Notes: generated by a model not told the origin, from the letters alone. A stretch of 61,437 bases of DNA, filler included, from 4 parts of 4 records of this genome joined end to end with filler, not necessarily neighbours in it, one strand, 5' to 3'; positions 19,160 to 29,845 are shown, counted from the whole stretch's first letter. Translations and numbers: made by a program.

Positions 19160-20248
19160 ATGACTATAGAGAAAAACCTTAAAGAACGCATTAAAGAACT
19201 TACCTGTCTATACGAAGTTTCTTCTATAATAGTAAATAACGATTATAAAGAAGTAGATAAAACGCTTTACTCCATCGCACTTAGTTTACGCAAGTCTTTT
19301 CAGTATAGTAAAAACACTATAGTAGAAATCAAGGCTGAGAAATTTCATCTTATTACTTCAGCTTTACCACATAAAAGTGTGTTTATTGAAAGTAAGATTA
19401 CTATTTTCAATGAGCCAAAAGGATATATAAAAGTTCACTATTCCACAGATAAATTTGAGAAAAAAGATTTTTTAAAAGAGGAAAAAAAATTGCTAAAAAA
19501 CGTTGCCATCAATGTAGGCGATTTATTAGAACGTGTTGCCATTAGAGAAAACGAGGCCGTTATAAAACGAAAAATGGAACACGCAGACCGCTTAAGTATT
19601 TTGGGGGAAATTACTGCAGGAATAGCACACGAACTCAACACACCTCTTGCAAATATTTTAGGCTTTGCAGAACTCCTTAAAGGCAAAGAGCCAAACAGCA
19701 TTCAAGCTAATAAAGATCTCGATAAAATTATAAACAGTGCTATTTTTTCGCGTGAAGTAGTAAAAAAACTAATGTTCTTTGCTTGTGAAATGCCGCAAAA
19801 TTTCATAAAAACCGACATTGTTCCCGTAATAAAAGATGCCATAAATCTTCTAGATGCAACTTTCAAAAAAAATGAATTAAATTATAAAACTAAATTCCCA
19901 AAAGGAGAAGTTTTACTAAAAGCTGACACCATTCAGCTTACCCAAGTAATCTTTAATTTGGTGCTAAACGCCATTTATTTTTCACCTAAAAATGGCTTGA
20001 TTGAAATAACTTTGGAAGAAACTTCAAAAAAAATAATTCTTAAAATTTCTGATGAAGGGTCTGGCATTGAACCAGAAAATGTTCAGAAAATATTTCAGCC
20101 ATTTTTTACAACAAAAACCGTGGGTGATGGCTCTGGTTTAGGGTTAAGCGTGGTTCATGGAATTATAAAAAGCCATCAAGGCACCATAGATTATCAAGCT
20201 AATAACCCAACAGGTGCATTATTTATTATTACTTTTCCGAAACAATAA
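19160..20248 (+). CDS. Soluble NtrB-like sensor histidine kinase
   Basis: H-box IAHELNTPL, N-box NLVLNA, G-boxes DEGSGI and GSGLGL; no TM segment. Confidence 0.93.
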   Translation: MTIEKNLKERIKELTCLYEVSSIIVNNDYKEVDKTLYSIALSLRKSFQYSKNTIVEIKAEKFHLITSALPHKSVFIESKITIFNEPKGYIKVHYSTDKFEKKDFLKEEKKLLKNVAINVGDLLERVAIRENEAVIKRKMEHADRLSILGEITAGIAHELNTPLANILGFAELLKGKEPNSIQANKDLDKIINSAIFSREVVKKLMFFACEMPQNFIKTDIVPVIKDAINLLDATFKKNELNYKTKFPKGEVLLKADTIQLTQVIFNLVLNAIYFSPKNGLIEITLEETSKKIILKISDEGSGIEPENVQKIFQPFFTTKTVGDGSGLGLSVVHGIIKSHQGTIDYQANNPTGALFIITFPKQ

Positions 20249-20253
20249 CAACA

Positions 20254-21570
20254 ATGCTGCAAAAGGAAAACATATTAATTGTAGATGACGACATCAATAT
20301 TCTGGAGCTTATCCAGCGTCATTTGCAATCATTAAATTACCATACATACAAAGCCGTTTCAGTAAAAGAAGCCATCGTCATTCTGCGTGATACTGACATC
20401 GATTTGCTTATTACAGACCTAAAAATGCCTGAAGTTGATGGTTTTCAACTTATAAAATTTGCCGCAGAACATTATCCTACTTTACCAAAACTTGTGGTTA
20501 CGGGTTACCCGTCTATACAGGATGAACTATCTGTAATTAAATTTGGCGCTGTAGATTATTTGGTAAAACCTTTTACAAAAGAAGAATTAAAAAAAAGTGT
20601 GCTAAAATCGCTTCCGCCAGAAAAGAATAAAAAAACTTCTTCTGAAAGCAAGCAGACTAAAAAATACAACGAAATAATTGGTGAAAGTGAAGCTATAAAA
20701 AATGTAACCCAAATTATTGATCGTGTAAAAGATAACAAAGCAACAATTTATATAAGTGGTGAAAGCGGTACCGGTAAAGAGCTCGTTGCACGCTCCATTC
20801 ATTATAACGGAAAGTTTTCTCGCGCGCCATTCATAGCAGTTAATTGTGGTGGAATTCCAGAAAACCTGTTAGAATCTGAACTATTTGGGTATATAAAAGG
20901 TGCTTTTACAGGAGCAAACGACAATCGTGAAGGGTTTTTTCAAGCCGCTGAAGGTGGTACAATTTTTCTTGATGAAATAGGCAACGCTTCACTTGCAGTA
21001 CAATCTAGACTTTTAAGAGTTTTACAAGAAAAAGAAATTGTAAAAGTAGGTGCTCGTACTAGTGAAAAAATAGACGCACGTGTTATCGCGGCTACCAATA
21101 GCAATTTAAAAGAAATGATTGCAAAGGAAACCTTTCGTGAAGATCTTTTTTACCGATTAACGGTTGTTGAAATTAATGTTCCACCACTTCGCGAACGCAA
21201 GGAAGATATTCCATTATTGGCGGATAAATTTCTTCTAAAATACGGAAACGAATACAAAGATCGCTATATAACAATTGATTCGGAAGCAAAAACGCTGATG
21301 CAACGGTATAATTGGCCTGGAAATATTCGTGAGTTAGAAAATGTAATTCAGCGTGCCGTAATTATGTGTGATAGAACTATTGGCATCAAAGATTTGCCTG
21401 AAAGTTTAAAATATCAAATAGATTTTCCAGAGGACGATATGCTTTCTTTAAAGGAAATTGAAAAAAAGTATATTGAAAAAGTATTGGCTGCAACAGATAA
21501 CAATCAAACAAAAGCTGCAGAAATTCTAAAAATTGACCGCAAAACACTTCGCAGTAAATTCAAAAAGTAG
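20254..21570 (+). CDS. Sigma-54-dependent response regulator (REC-AAA+-Fis HTH)
   Basis: IVDDD...TDLKMP receiver; GESGTGKE, GAFTGA, FLDEIG, WPGNIRELEN; C-terminal HTH. Confidence 0.96.
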   Translation: MLQKENILIVDDDINILELIQRHLQSLNYHTYKAVSVKEAIVILRDTDIDLLITDLKMPEVDGFQLIKFAAEHYPTLPKLVVTGYPSIQDELSVIKFGAVDYLVKPFTKEELKKSVLKSLPPEKNKKTSSESKQTKKYNEIIGESEAIKNVTQIIDRVKDNKATIYISGESGTGKELVARSIHYNGKFSRAPFIAVNCGGIPENLLESELFGYIKGAFTGANDNREGFFQAAEGGTIFLDEIGNASLAVQSRLLRVLQEKEIVKVGARTSEKIDARVIAATNSNLKEMIAKETFREDLFYRLTVVEINVPPLRERKEDIPLLADKFLLKYGNEYKDRYITIDSEAKTLMQRYNWPGNIRELENVIQRAVIMCDRTIGIKDLPESLKYQIDFPEDDMLSLKEIEKKYIEKVLAATDNNQTKAAEILKIDRKTLRSKFKK

Positions 21571-21623
21571 TTTTTATATTTCTATAAATTATATTCTAAA
21601 TTAAATAGTTTAGAATAGCGTTA

Positions 21624-21662
21624 TTGGGGAATTTTACCCCAACGCGGTGCGAATTTCCCCAC
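21624..21662 (+). promoter_or_regulatory. Tandem palindromic upstream activator sites for the sigma-54 activator
   Basis: TTGGGG-AATTTTA-CCCCAA (21624-21642) and related GTGCGAATTTCCCCAC (21647-21662), about 90-125 bp upstream of the -24 box. Confidence 0.7.
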
Positions 21663-21750
21663 ATAAACTATGTCTTAAAAATCCCCTAAAAACACTTAAA
21701 TCTCTTTATTTCAGTTGCTTAATTAATAGTTTAAACTAGAAAAGCGCTAA

Positions 21751-21765
21751 TGGCACACAGCTTGC
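21751..21765 (+). promoter_or_regulatory. Sigma-54 -24/-12 promoter
   Basis: TGGCAC-ACAGC-TTGC is an exact match to TGGCAC-N5-TTGC and lies next to a GAFTGA activator gene. Confidence 0.9.
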
Positions 21766-21793
21766 CAATAGGAATAGCAAACAAAAAGTATCT

Positions 21794-21967
21794 ATGAATG
21801 CTAATTCTTTAAACCTTTGTCCTAAATGTGCGTACGAATCTTTTTGTGTGTTAACGCACAATAAAAGCTTGGTATTTTCATGTAGTGAATTTGATGAATC
21901 ACAGTACCAAGCACCAAAACCTATTGTGAAAATCAAAAAAAGCGAGCCAGAATTGGTTACAATTTAA
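21794..21967 (+). CDS. Unlisted 57-aa four-Cys microprotein, first gene of the sigma-54 operon
   Basis: Hand translation: MNANSLNLCPKCAYESFCVLTHNKSLVFSCSEFDESQYQAPKPIVKIKKSEPELVTI*. Fills the gap between promoter and gdh, ending 12 nt before the gdh ATG. Confidence 0.72.
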   Translation: MNANSLNLCPKCAYESFCVLTHNKSLVFSCSEFDESQYQAPKPIVKIKKSEPELVTI

Positions 21968-21979
21968 AAAAATATTAAA

Positions 21980-22201
21980 ATGACAAATGAACAAACAGTG
22001 GAAAAACCAATAACTGTAAAAAAAGGAATGTTGGAAAATGTGTTGGAACAGTTTAATACAGCTGCCGACCAAATAAAGCTAAACCCAAACGTTCGCAAAA
22101 TTCTAAGTATTACTAATACAGAGATAATCATCAATTTTCCGGTTCGTATGGACAATGGTGATGTACAAATATTTACTGGATATAGAGTACAACACAACAA
22201 T
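21980..22201 (+). CDS. gdhA: Glu/Leu/Phe/Val dehydrogenase, probably glutamate dehydrogenase; N-terminal fragment truncated by the contig end
   Basis: EIIINFPVRMDNG...FTGYRVQHNN. Confidence 0.85.
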
Positions 22202-22301
22202 NNNNNNNNNNNNNNNNNNNNNNNNNNNNNNNNNNNNNNNNNNNNTTAATTAATTAANNNNNNNNNNNNNNNNNNNNNNNNNNNNNNNNNNNNNNNNNNN
22301 N
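22202..22301. other. Artificial contig linker
   Basis: N44-TTAATTAATTAA-N44, giving stops in all six frames. Confidence 0.98.
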
Positions 22302-24108
22302 CTCCAGCCTTATACTGTGAGCGCATGTGTGTCTCATAACCTCCAAACCCTTCTTTGCCACTATAATTATCACAGCGAAGAACATCTCCTCGCTCATTTA
22401 CGCTAAGAATTGAAAGTCCTTTGTTTGTCCCTAATATTATATTTCCATAATCGTCGGAAACCATTGTATAGAAAAGATTAGAAGGGATTTCGGGGATAAA
22501 AACGGCTTTGTGCCGACCATCTTTATACATCACGTGAAGCCCTTTTTCCATCGTAAACCAAATGTTTCCATAGGAGTCCACGCATGAGTTTCCGACATAA
22601 GAACCCTGAACATTAGGAGAAATAACTTGGGTTATTTTTTCGGAAGCGCAATCAATGTGAAAAATCCCATCATTTGATCCAATGTAAACAAAGCGCCCAT
22701 TAGCAGAAGCTTGCATAGTGTATACATTTGAAGGGATTCCGGTATTTTTGAAGTACTCTTTTTGAGTGTTAGTCTTTAGATTCAGTCTGACGATTCCTTT
22801 TCCAGAAATGCCCATCCACAACTCTCCTTTGTGCATAAAAAGAGACGAAATACGCTCAGTGGCAAATGCGAACGAAGTAATATCCCCTGAACCCTCTGGG
22901 TCGTATGTTTTTAAGCCATTGTTAGTTCCTAAATAATACAGCTTGTCTTCATCGTGTGCAATAGAATAAGTCTGAAAATCATATTCTTTAAATGGAGCGG
23001 CTTCATAAATAGAACCCAAATAAGTTTTCCCGTTATATCTACTAATGATCACTTTTTGATCATCAGTTTTATATGGAAATGAAATATCGTCCACCTCATA
23101 GATTGGATCCATTCGGAGTTTAGTAAATGGCTCAATTGAAATTTTAAAGAGACCAGATCGACTTGAGGAAATCCAAAAGTCACCGTTCATGTCAACAACA
23201 ATGTGGTTGTGTCCTGTGATCACTTCCTCTTCAGGATAATTGCGAAAAATGGACTTTAATGTTCTGCCTTCAACGCGATAAATATTCGATTTGTTTGTGA
23301 TTAGTGCTTTTGCTTTTGAGGTGCTATTATAATCGGCAGAAACAATCGTTTCGCCCTTTTCAAACAAGAATGCTTCGTCAAATTCGTTTAGGGAAAACGG
23401 CTCGCCATTTCTGTTAAGTTTGATTTCTAGCCACCTGTCTGCAGTTTCATTAAATAACGTGAGCTCGTCAGATTCAAGGAATCCAAATTGAAATTCTGCG
23501 ATATTGTGAACGGGTGTTTTTAGCCAAGTACTTAAAGGGAGAATAGTACCGTTCTCAATAATGAATGGTTTGTTTTTATCAAAAATTAAAAAACCATTTT
23601 GAAGCTCAATTATATGATCAATTTGGTAAGCTTCTTTTTTCCTGTTCGAGAGCACAACTTCTTTACCATTTTTCAAATAGCTTACTTGAAACTCCCCTAT
23701 GAGATAAGTGAACCCGTTCTTTTTTAGCGCGAATAAAGTGTGTCCGGTGGTGTCTGTTCCATATTTCAGAGTCGTTAATTTTTTCGAGCGTCTGTTGTAG
23801 GAATAAAATCCTTTGTACTGCGAAGCGAATAAAACTTCATCCTCTGAAAAATAGATGTTATTGAAATGGTGATCCGTTAACGCACTAGGAAACGAAATTT
23901 CCGTGAACTTATCGCCGTCAAAACTGATTAAATCAGAACCGTCTGTACCTATCCAAATAAAACCGTCAGGGGATTGGGCAACACTTAAAATGCCAGACAT
24001 GTGAAGTCCGTCTTTGTGGCCAAAATTCTGAAATGTACGCAACTGGGCACGCAGCTGTAAGGTACAAAGCGAAATTAATATTGTACAAAAGAGTAGTAAG
24101 ATTTTCAA
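22302..24108 (-). CDS. Two-component-regulator beta-propeller (ligand-binding sensor) protein, C-terminally truncated
   Basis: Signal peptide; repeated D-x-x-G-x-x-W-I-G-T-x-x-G-L blades; runs into the linker. Confidence 0.8.
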
Positions 24109-24156
24109 ACGTAGTGTAGTTCGTTAACAGGTAATAACTAAAGATAGCAATTTATT

Positions 24157-25308
24157 TTAATCCTGTTTAGAGATCACTTTCATTGAATTCTTAACAATGT
24201 GTGCGATTCGTTTTGCTTCACTTAACACATCACTAGTAACGGTAACGTGCCCCATTTTTCGATTGCTCTTAGTGTTTTCCTTACCATACAAATGAATGTG
24301 TACTCCCGGGTACATAAGCGCATCCTCGAAGCCAATGTAATTCGCTGGGCCTTCGTACCCGAGTTCACCGATTAAGTTTACCATCGCACCGTATTGAATC
24401 ATTTTTGTTGAGCCCAACGGTAAATTCAAAATGGCACGTAAATGTTGTTCAAATTGACTGCAAATATTGCTCTCAATCGTATGATGCCCACTATTATGAG
24501 GTCTTGGCGCAACCTCATTGACCAATAATGATCCGTCTTTTGTTAAGAACATTTCTACCGCTAGAATCCCAACCATGTCGAGTTTTGTAATGACTTCTAC
24601 GGCGAGCTTTTCGGCGGTTTGTTCTATTGTAGTTGGAATATCTGCAGGGGAGAAAAGGAAAGCAACCAAGTTTGCGTCGTTAAATTCGCATTCAACGGAA
24701 GGGTAAACAGCAGTTTGTCCTGATTCATTTCTCGCCACAATAATCGAGATTTCTTTCTCGAAAGGAATCAACTCTTCTAAAATAGATGATTCAGAAAAAA
24801 TCGCGTCTAGCTTATCCGAGGTCGAGATGACTTGAACGCCTTTGCCATCGTAACCACCTGTTCTCAGTTTTTGAACGAAAGGAATTTTATTTTTTAAATA
24901 CTCTAATGATGGATTTTCAGGAAGAAGTTCAAACGGTGCTGTTGGGATATTGTTACTCGCATAGAATGTTTTTTGAAGTCCTTTATCCTTTATGATTTCT
25001 AATACGTGCGGTTGTGGAAATACTTTGACACCATTTTTTTCTAATTCCTTAAGCGCTTCAATGTTCACGTTCTCAATTTCAACGGTGATCACATCCATAG
25101 TTGAACCAAAAGCAATGACGTCATCATAGTTCTTGATATCCCCCTGAGTGTATGATGTTGCGCAAGAAGAACTTGGAGCTTCACTCGAATTTTCCATAAT
25201 ATGGACGTCGATATCAAAACTAATTGCCGACTGGATGAACATACGTCCGAGTTGTCCACCACCCAAAATTCCCAATCGATGGGTTCTACCAATAAGTGTT
25301 TTTGCCAT
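24157..25308 (-). CDS. purK: N5-carboxyaminoimidazole ribonucleotide synthase
   Basis: GILGGGQLGRM, GGYDGKG, NEVAPRPHNSGH, RKMGH. Confidence 0.97.
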   Translation of the reverse strand: MAKTLIGRTHRLGILGGGQLGRMFIQSAISFDIDVHIMENSSEAPSSSCATSYTQGDIKNYDDVIAFGSTMDVITVEIENVNIEALKELEKNGVKVFPQPHVLEIIKDKGLQKTFYASNNIPTAPFELLPENPSLEYLKNKIPFVQKLRTGGYDGKGVQVISTSDKLDAIFSESSILEELIPFEKEISIIVARNESGQTAVYPSVECEFNDANLVAFLFSPADIPTTIEQTAEKLAVEVITKLDMVGILAVEMFLTKDGSLLVNEVAPRPHNSGHHTIESNICSQFEQHLRAILNLPLGSTKMIQYGAMVNLIGELGYEGPANYIGFEDALMYPGVHIHLYGKENTKSNRKMGHVTVTSDVLSEAKRIAHIVKNSMKVISKQD

Positions 25309-25408
25309 TTGACAAAGATAGTTGCAAATAGAAAATGTGGCAAGGAAGTAGAGGAATGACTTTCAATTTGTGATAAAATAGTACTTTTGCACTTCAAAAG
25401 AGAGAACA

Positions 25409-26527
25409 TTGATTCAAATTTTAGACAAATCATTTGAGCTTTTTATCAAAGCCGAAGAAATTCAACAAGAGGTAAAAGCTCTTGCCGAAAAAATTAATAC
25501 TGATTATCAAGGTAAAGAGGTCGTTTTTTTATCGGTTTTGAATGGTGCGTTTATGTTTGCATCAGACTTGGTTAAGCACATTACCATAGATTGCGAGATC
25601 ACATTTGTTAAAATGAGCTCATACAGCGGCGTCGAGTCGCGAGGACGTGTGGATGAGTTGATTGGTTTAGCAAGCGATCTGCGTGATAAGCATGTGATCA
25701 TTGTTGAAGACATCGTTGATACAGGGATTACTATCGATAAAATTGTATCGTTATTGGAAACCGAATATCCAGCCTCTTTTTCTGTATGTACTTTATTGTA
25801 CAAGCCTGATGCCTTCAAAGGGAAGAAAAAACCCGATTATGTAGGATATTCTATTCCAAATGCCTTTGTTGTAGGATATGGATTGGATTATGAGGAAAAA
25901 GGAAGAAATTTAGATGCGATTTATCAAGTTCGCACCTCAACAAACGAAAATAAAGAGATGCTAAATATTGTATTATTTGGTCCTCCTGGTGCAGGAAAAG
26001 GAACCCAATCTGAGCGATTGAAAGAGAAATACGGATTAGTACACATTTCTACGGGAGATGTTTTTAGAGCACTAGATCCTGAATCTGACTTGGCAAAGCT
26101 CGCAAAAAGCTATTCCGACAAAGGAAACCTTGTTCCAGATGATGTAACAATCAAAATTTTGGAATCAGAAGTTTCTAAACACCCGAATGCAAAAGGAGTT
26201 ATTTACGACGGATTTCCGCGTACAACGGCGCAAGCACAAGCGTTGGATAAGTTTTTAGCTGGAAAAAATACTTCTGTAAAGCTAATGGTTTCATTAGTCG
26301 TTCCCGAAGATGAATTAAAGACACGATTGATCGCTCGCGCTGAGATTTCAGGGAGACCTGATGACGCAGATCCAGAGATCATTCAAAATAGAATTAATAC
26401 TTATAAGAATTCTACCGCTCCTGTTGCTGATTTTTATCAAGCACAAGGTAAGTTGGTGGAAATAAACGGTGTAGGTTCAATCGACCAAATTACACAGCGT
26501 TTGTTTGATGCTATAGATCAGCATTAA
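25409..26527 (+). CDS. hpt-adk: Fused hypoxanthine phosphoribosyltransferase and adenylate kinase
   Basis: aa 1-175 HPRT (VEDIVDTG, FVVGYGLDY); aa 184-372 ADK (GPPGAGKGTQ, HISTGD, DGFPRT); no stop between the domains. Confidence 0.93.
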   Translation: MIQILDKSFELFIKAEEIQQEVKALAEKINTDYQGKEVVFLSVLNGAFMFASDLVKHITIDCEITFVKMSSYSGVESRGRVDELIGLASDLRDKHVIIVEDIVDTGITIDKIVSLLETEYPASFSVCTLLYKPDAFKGKKKPDYVGYSIPNAFVVGYGLDYEEKGRNLDAIYQVRTSTNENKEMLNIVLFGPPGAGKGTQSERLKEKYGLVHISTGDVFRALDPESDLAKLAKSYSDKGNLVPDDVTIKILESEVSKHPNAKGVIYDGFPRTTAQAQALDKFLAGKNTSVKLMVSLVVPEDELKTRLIARAEISGRPDDADPEIIQNRINTYKNSTAPVADFYQAQGKLVEINGVGSIDQITQRLFDAIDQH

Positions 26528-26553
26528 TCGTCTGCACGAAATAAAAACAAATA

Positions 26554-27549
26554 ATGGCCTCTGATAACTTCGTAGATTATGTAAAAATCCACTGTACATC
26601 TGGAAACGGAGGTGGAGGCTCAACCCACTATCGTCGTGAGAAGTATATCCCAAAGGGTGGTCCTGACGGTGGAGATGGTGGTCGTGGTGGACACGTGATT
26701 CTTCGTGGTAATGTTCAAATGTGGACACTTTTACCATTGAAATACCGAAAGCACGTAAAAGCGGGACATGGTGTTCATGGTTCTGGTGGTTTAAAAACAG
26801 GTGCTCAAGGTGTGGATCAGTACATTGATGTTCCATTGGGTACGATTGTACGCGATGCTGAAACTGGTGAGGCGCTGTGCGAAATAACCGAAGAGGGGGA
26901 GGAATTTATCGTTCAGCCTGGAGGTCGTGGAGGATTAGGGAATCATCACTTTAAAACTGCTGTACATCAAACTCCTCGTTATTCTCAGCCTGGTGAACCT
27001 GGACAAGAAGGTTGGAAAGTACTTGAGCTTAAACTTCTGGCAGATGTCGGATTGGTTGGTTTTCCAAATGCAGGAAAAAGTACATTACTTTCGGCTGTTT
27101 CGGCGGCAAAACCTGAAATCGCAGATTATCCATTTACAACTCTTCGCCCGAATTTAGGGATCGTGAAGTACCGTGATCATCGATCGTTTGTAATGGCCGA
27201 TATCCCAGGGATCATTGAAGATGCACACAAAGGAAAAGGTCTTGGATTAAGATTCTTACGCCATATCGAACGAAATTCATTACTGTTGTTCTTAGTCCCT
27301 GCGGATAGCGATGACATTAAAAAGGAATACGATGTACTGGTGAATGAACTCAAGCAGTACAACCCAGAAATGATGCATAAAGATCGCATTTTGGCGATTT
27401 CGAAATCGGATATGCTCGACGACGAACTTAAACAGGAAATTAAAAAAGAGCTTCCTAAAAAAGTTCAAACGATTTTTATATCTTCCATCAGTCAAGAAGG
27501 AATTACTACTTTGAAAGACATGATTTGGAAGACACTCAATGATGATTGA
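26554..27549 (+). CDS. obgE: GTPase ObgE
   Basis: Gly-rich Obg fold [29 protein letters not shown]. Confidence 0.98.
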   Translation: MASDNFVDYVKIHCTSGNGGGGSTHYRREKYIPKGGPDGGDGGRGGHVILRGNVQMWTLLPLKYRKHVKAGHGVHGSGGLKTGAQGVDQYIDVPLGTIVRDAETGEALCEITEEGEEFIVQPGGRGGLGNHHFKTAVHQTPRYSQPGEPGQEGWKVLELKLLADVGLVGFPNAGKSTLLSAVSAAKPEIADYPFTTLRPNLGIVKYRDHRSFVMADIPGIIEDAHKGKGLGLRFLRHIERNSLLLFLVPADSDDIKKEYDVLVNELKQYNPEMMHKDRILAISKSDMLDDELKQEIKKELPKKVQTIFISSISQEGITTLKDMIWKTLNDD

Positions 27550-28132
27550 ATCCTTAGAAGAAATTGATCGTGCCATTGTCCTTACCATCAACGGGTGGAA
27601 TACACCTTTTTGGGATGAGGTCATGTGGATCATTTCAGGTAAGTTAACGTGGATTCCGTTTTATCTTTTTATCGTTTTTTTAAGTTGGAAAAGCTTCGGC
27701 TGGAAGTCAACCTTGCTGTTTTTACTTTGTGCAGGAATAGTCGTAGCCATTACTGATCAGTCTTCAACGCACTTGTTTAAAAATGTATTCGAGCGATACA
27801 GGCCGTCTCATCACGCATTACTGACAGATAAGCTGCATTTTTATCAATTAGGGGATGATTATTACAAGGGAGGAATGTATGGATTTGTCTCAGCACATGC
27901 CGCCAATTTTTTTGGAATTTGCATTTTCGCTTTACTTCACCTTCGTAAAAAATACCGCAGTATTGTTCCCGTTTTACTGTCCGTAGCTGTGATTGTTTCC
28001 TTCAGTAGAATTTATCTTGGCGTACATTACCTCAGCGACGTTCTGGTAGGAGGATTACTTGGAACGGTGAGTGCTTGGCTCGTTTATCGATTCATTTTCA
28101 CTACTATTGCGAAGAGATTTACAAAGAAGTAA
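27539..28132 (+). CDS. PAP2-family membrane phosphatase
   Basis: [24 protein letters not shown]. Confidence 0.92.
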   Translation: MMIESLEEIDRAIVLTINGWNTPFWDEVMWIISGKLTWIPFYLFIVFLSWKSFGWKSTLLFLLCAGIVVAITDQSSTHLFKNVFERYRPSHHALLTDKLHFYQLGDDYYKGGMYGFVSAHAANFFGICIFALLHLRKKYRSIVPVLLSVAVIVSFSRIYLGVHYLSDVLVGGLLGTVSAWLVYRFIFTTIAKRFTKK

Positions 28133-28494
28133 TGCTGTATTTATACATTTTTATTGGTGGTGGATTAGGAAGCGTAGCCCGTTTTGCTATTGGGAAATTA
28201 ACCCACAAATTGGTCGACACTGAATTTCCCATGGGAACATTGATCGCTAATTTACTAGCGTGTATTGTACTCGCGCTCATTGTAACAGGATTTGCACAAC
28301 AGTTAGAAAAAAACACATGGATTCAACCGCTAATACTCATAGGTTTTTGCGGTGGATTTAGCACATTTAGCACATTTGGAAACGAAACATTCGACTTACT
28401 CTCAAATGGCAATTATACTTATGCCGTATTAAATATACTGATCTCAATCTCTGCCGCCATCGGACTCATTTGGATGATTAAAAGTCGTGGCTAA
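28132..28494 (+). CDS. crcB: Fluoride efflux channel FluC/CrcB
   Basis: GGGLGSVAR, GTLIAN, GFCGGFSTFSTF; start set at the TAATG overlap with the PAP2 stop. Confidence 0.94.
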   Translation: MLYLYIFIGGGLGSVARFAIGKLTHKLVDTEFPMGTLIANLLACIVLALIVTGFAQQLEKNTWIQPLILIGFCGGFSTFSTFGNETFDLLSNGNYTYAVLNILISISAAIGLIWMIKSRG

Positions 28495-28516
28495 AAGAGA
28501 TTTTTGGTTTCGTTCT

Positions 28517-29845
28517 TTAGTGAAATTCGCTTGGAATAACCTTCTGCAACTGTGTCACTAAATCTTCTCGTTTCTTAATAAGTTTAGTAAGATCCGCTTT
28601 CTGAATTACTCCTTTCTTCTTGAATTCTTTCAGGTAATGAACCCACATATATGCGCTTAATCCGAGGATGGCAATCAAAATGTAATATGCAAATGCCAGC
28701 CAAACACTAGGATAAACGAAATAGTAGAAAAGGAAAATAGCTGGAATATTGAAAAGTCCGATGGCTATTTTTCCAACAACCATTTTAACTGAACTCCAGA
28801 ACACTTTTCGTTTGAATTTTTTCTCCGCAAAACGCTTAACCAAAAGGTAAGGGAGGGCACAATGCAAAACTCCTAAAATCATGCTAGGAAAAAGGGCGAT
28901 TAGCAGTAAAAGCTCTTTAGTTCTGCTTGGGCGAGAAGAACTCGACTTCCAAACTAATAGATGTTCATCAATTTTAAACTTCTTGAGAAGCGCGAAGTAA
29001 TCTTCTAATGATTTCTTTAACTTGGTTAGGGATTCATCCTCACTAACATTTTGAGTATTCAACCATTTTGCAAGTGAACGGGAATAATTCCATCTTTTTT
29101 TCAACGGAATAGATCTATCGAAATCAATAGCGTTCATCCCTTTTCGAGTTATCCGCATGATGTTTTCGTGGAATGGAGCTTCCTCTTTTTTCTCCACGTG
29201 CGTAATCTGATCTTGCATTAATTGCTGAATCAACTTTGTCAAATCGGCAATCACTTTGTTTGGATTCTCTTCGTAGGCCTCACGGTAATCGTTCAAGCAA
29301 ATTTTGTCAGAATACGAGATCAATATATCACTTCGCATCTTGTTTGGGTAAGAATAGTTGCATCCAACGGCGGCAATGTAGATCTTCTTTTTCCAATTGA
29401 GCGATTCCAGTGCTAGGAAGCCAATCCGAACGGCTCCTTTTTTCACAGGTTTTAATCGTCTAATGAAGACATCATCCGTGAAACCTTCTCCATAAATCAA
29501 GAGATTTCTGCCGCGTGAAAGAATTCTTGTACACGTTTTAAAAACAGCTTCGTTTTTTCCTTTCGTATCATCTCCATCCAGTTGTCGATAGATGGGGAGC
29601 ATCTGAACGGACCATAGAAACCATCGCGTAAACGGCGTGAAAACATCAGAACGCGTCATAAAAAACACAATCGGTCTCCGCAAAGCAGCAACAACCAAAG
29701 GATCCATAAATGAGGCGGCATGATTACTCACGTAAATTGTACTTCCCAAGAATTCTTTTGGCGAATTGTTGGAGTCATTACGCGGATAAAAAATCCGAAT
29801 GGCGTAATTAAGCGTAAAATCCAGTAAGAAATATATGGGTCTCAT
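28517..29845 (-). CDS. PlsC-like phospholipid/glycerol acyltransferase with C-terminal TM helices
   Basis: NHAASFMD (HX4D), PIYR, YGEG. Confidence 0.88.
   Translation of the reverse strand: MRPIYFLLDFTLNYAIRIFYPRNDSNNSPKEFLGSTIYVSNHAASFMDPLVVAALRRPIVFFMTRSDVFTPFTRWFLWSVQMLPIYRQLDGDDTKGKNEAVFKTCTRILSRGRNLLIYGEGFTDDVFIRRLKPVKKGAVRIGFLALESLNWKKKIYIAAVGCNYSYPNKMRSDILISYSDKICLNDYREAYEENPNKVIADLTKLIQQLMQDQITHVEKKEEAPFHENIMRITRKGMNAIDFDRSIPLKKRWNYSRSLAKWLNTQNVSEDESLTKLKKSLEDYFALLKKFKIDEHLLVWKSSSSRPSRTKELLLLIALFPSMILGVLHCALPYLLVKRFAEKKFKRKVFWSSVKMVVGKIAIGLFNIPAIFLFYYFVYPSVWLAFAYYILIAILGLSAYMWVHYLKEFKKKGVIQKADLTKLIKKREDLVTQLQKVIPSEFH

Noticed and set aside
21736-21936. 66-aa minus-strand ORF in the track
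   Set aside because: It is antisense to the sigma-54 promoter and to the better supported plus-strand four-Cys ORF.
4803-22201. One glutamate regulon linking the RimK cluster with the sigma-54 gdh operon
   Set aside because: They are about 13 kb apart with housekeeping genes between, and I found no shared promoter or activator motif.
22246-22257. TTAATTAATTAA palindrome repeated three times in the window
   Set aside because: Always centred in N44 padding, so it is an artificial six-frame-stop linker and not a biological repeat.
28075-28131. N-terminal extension of crcB, or a fluoride riboswitch
   Set aside because: The region lies inside the PAP2 gene; the TAATG overlap gives a normal-length CrcB and leaves no room for a riboswitch.
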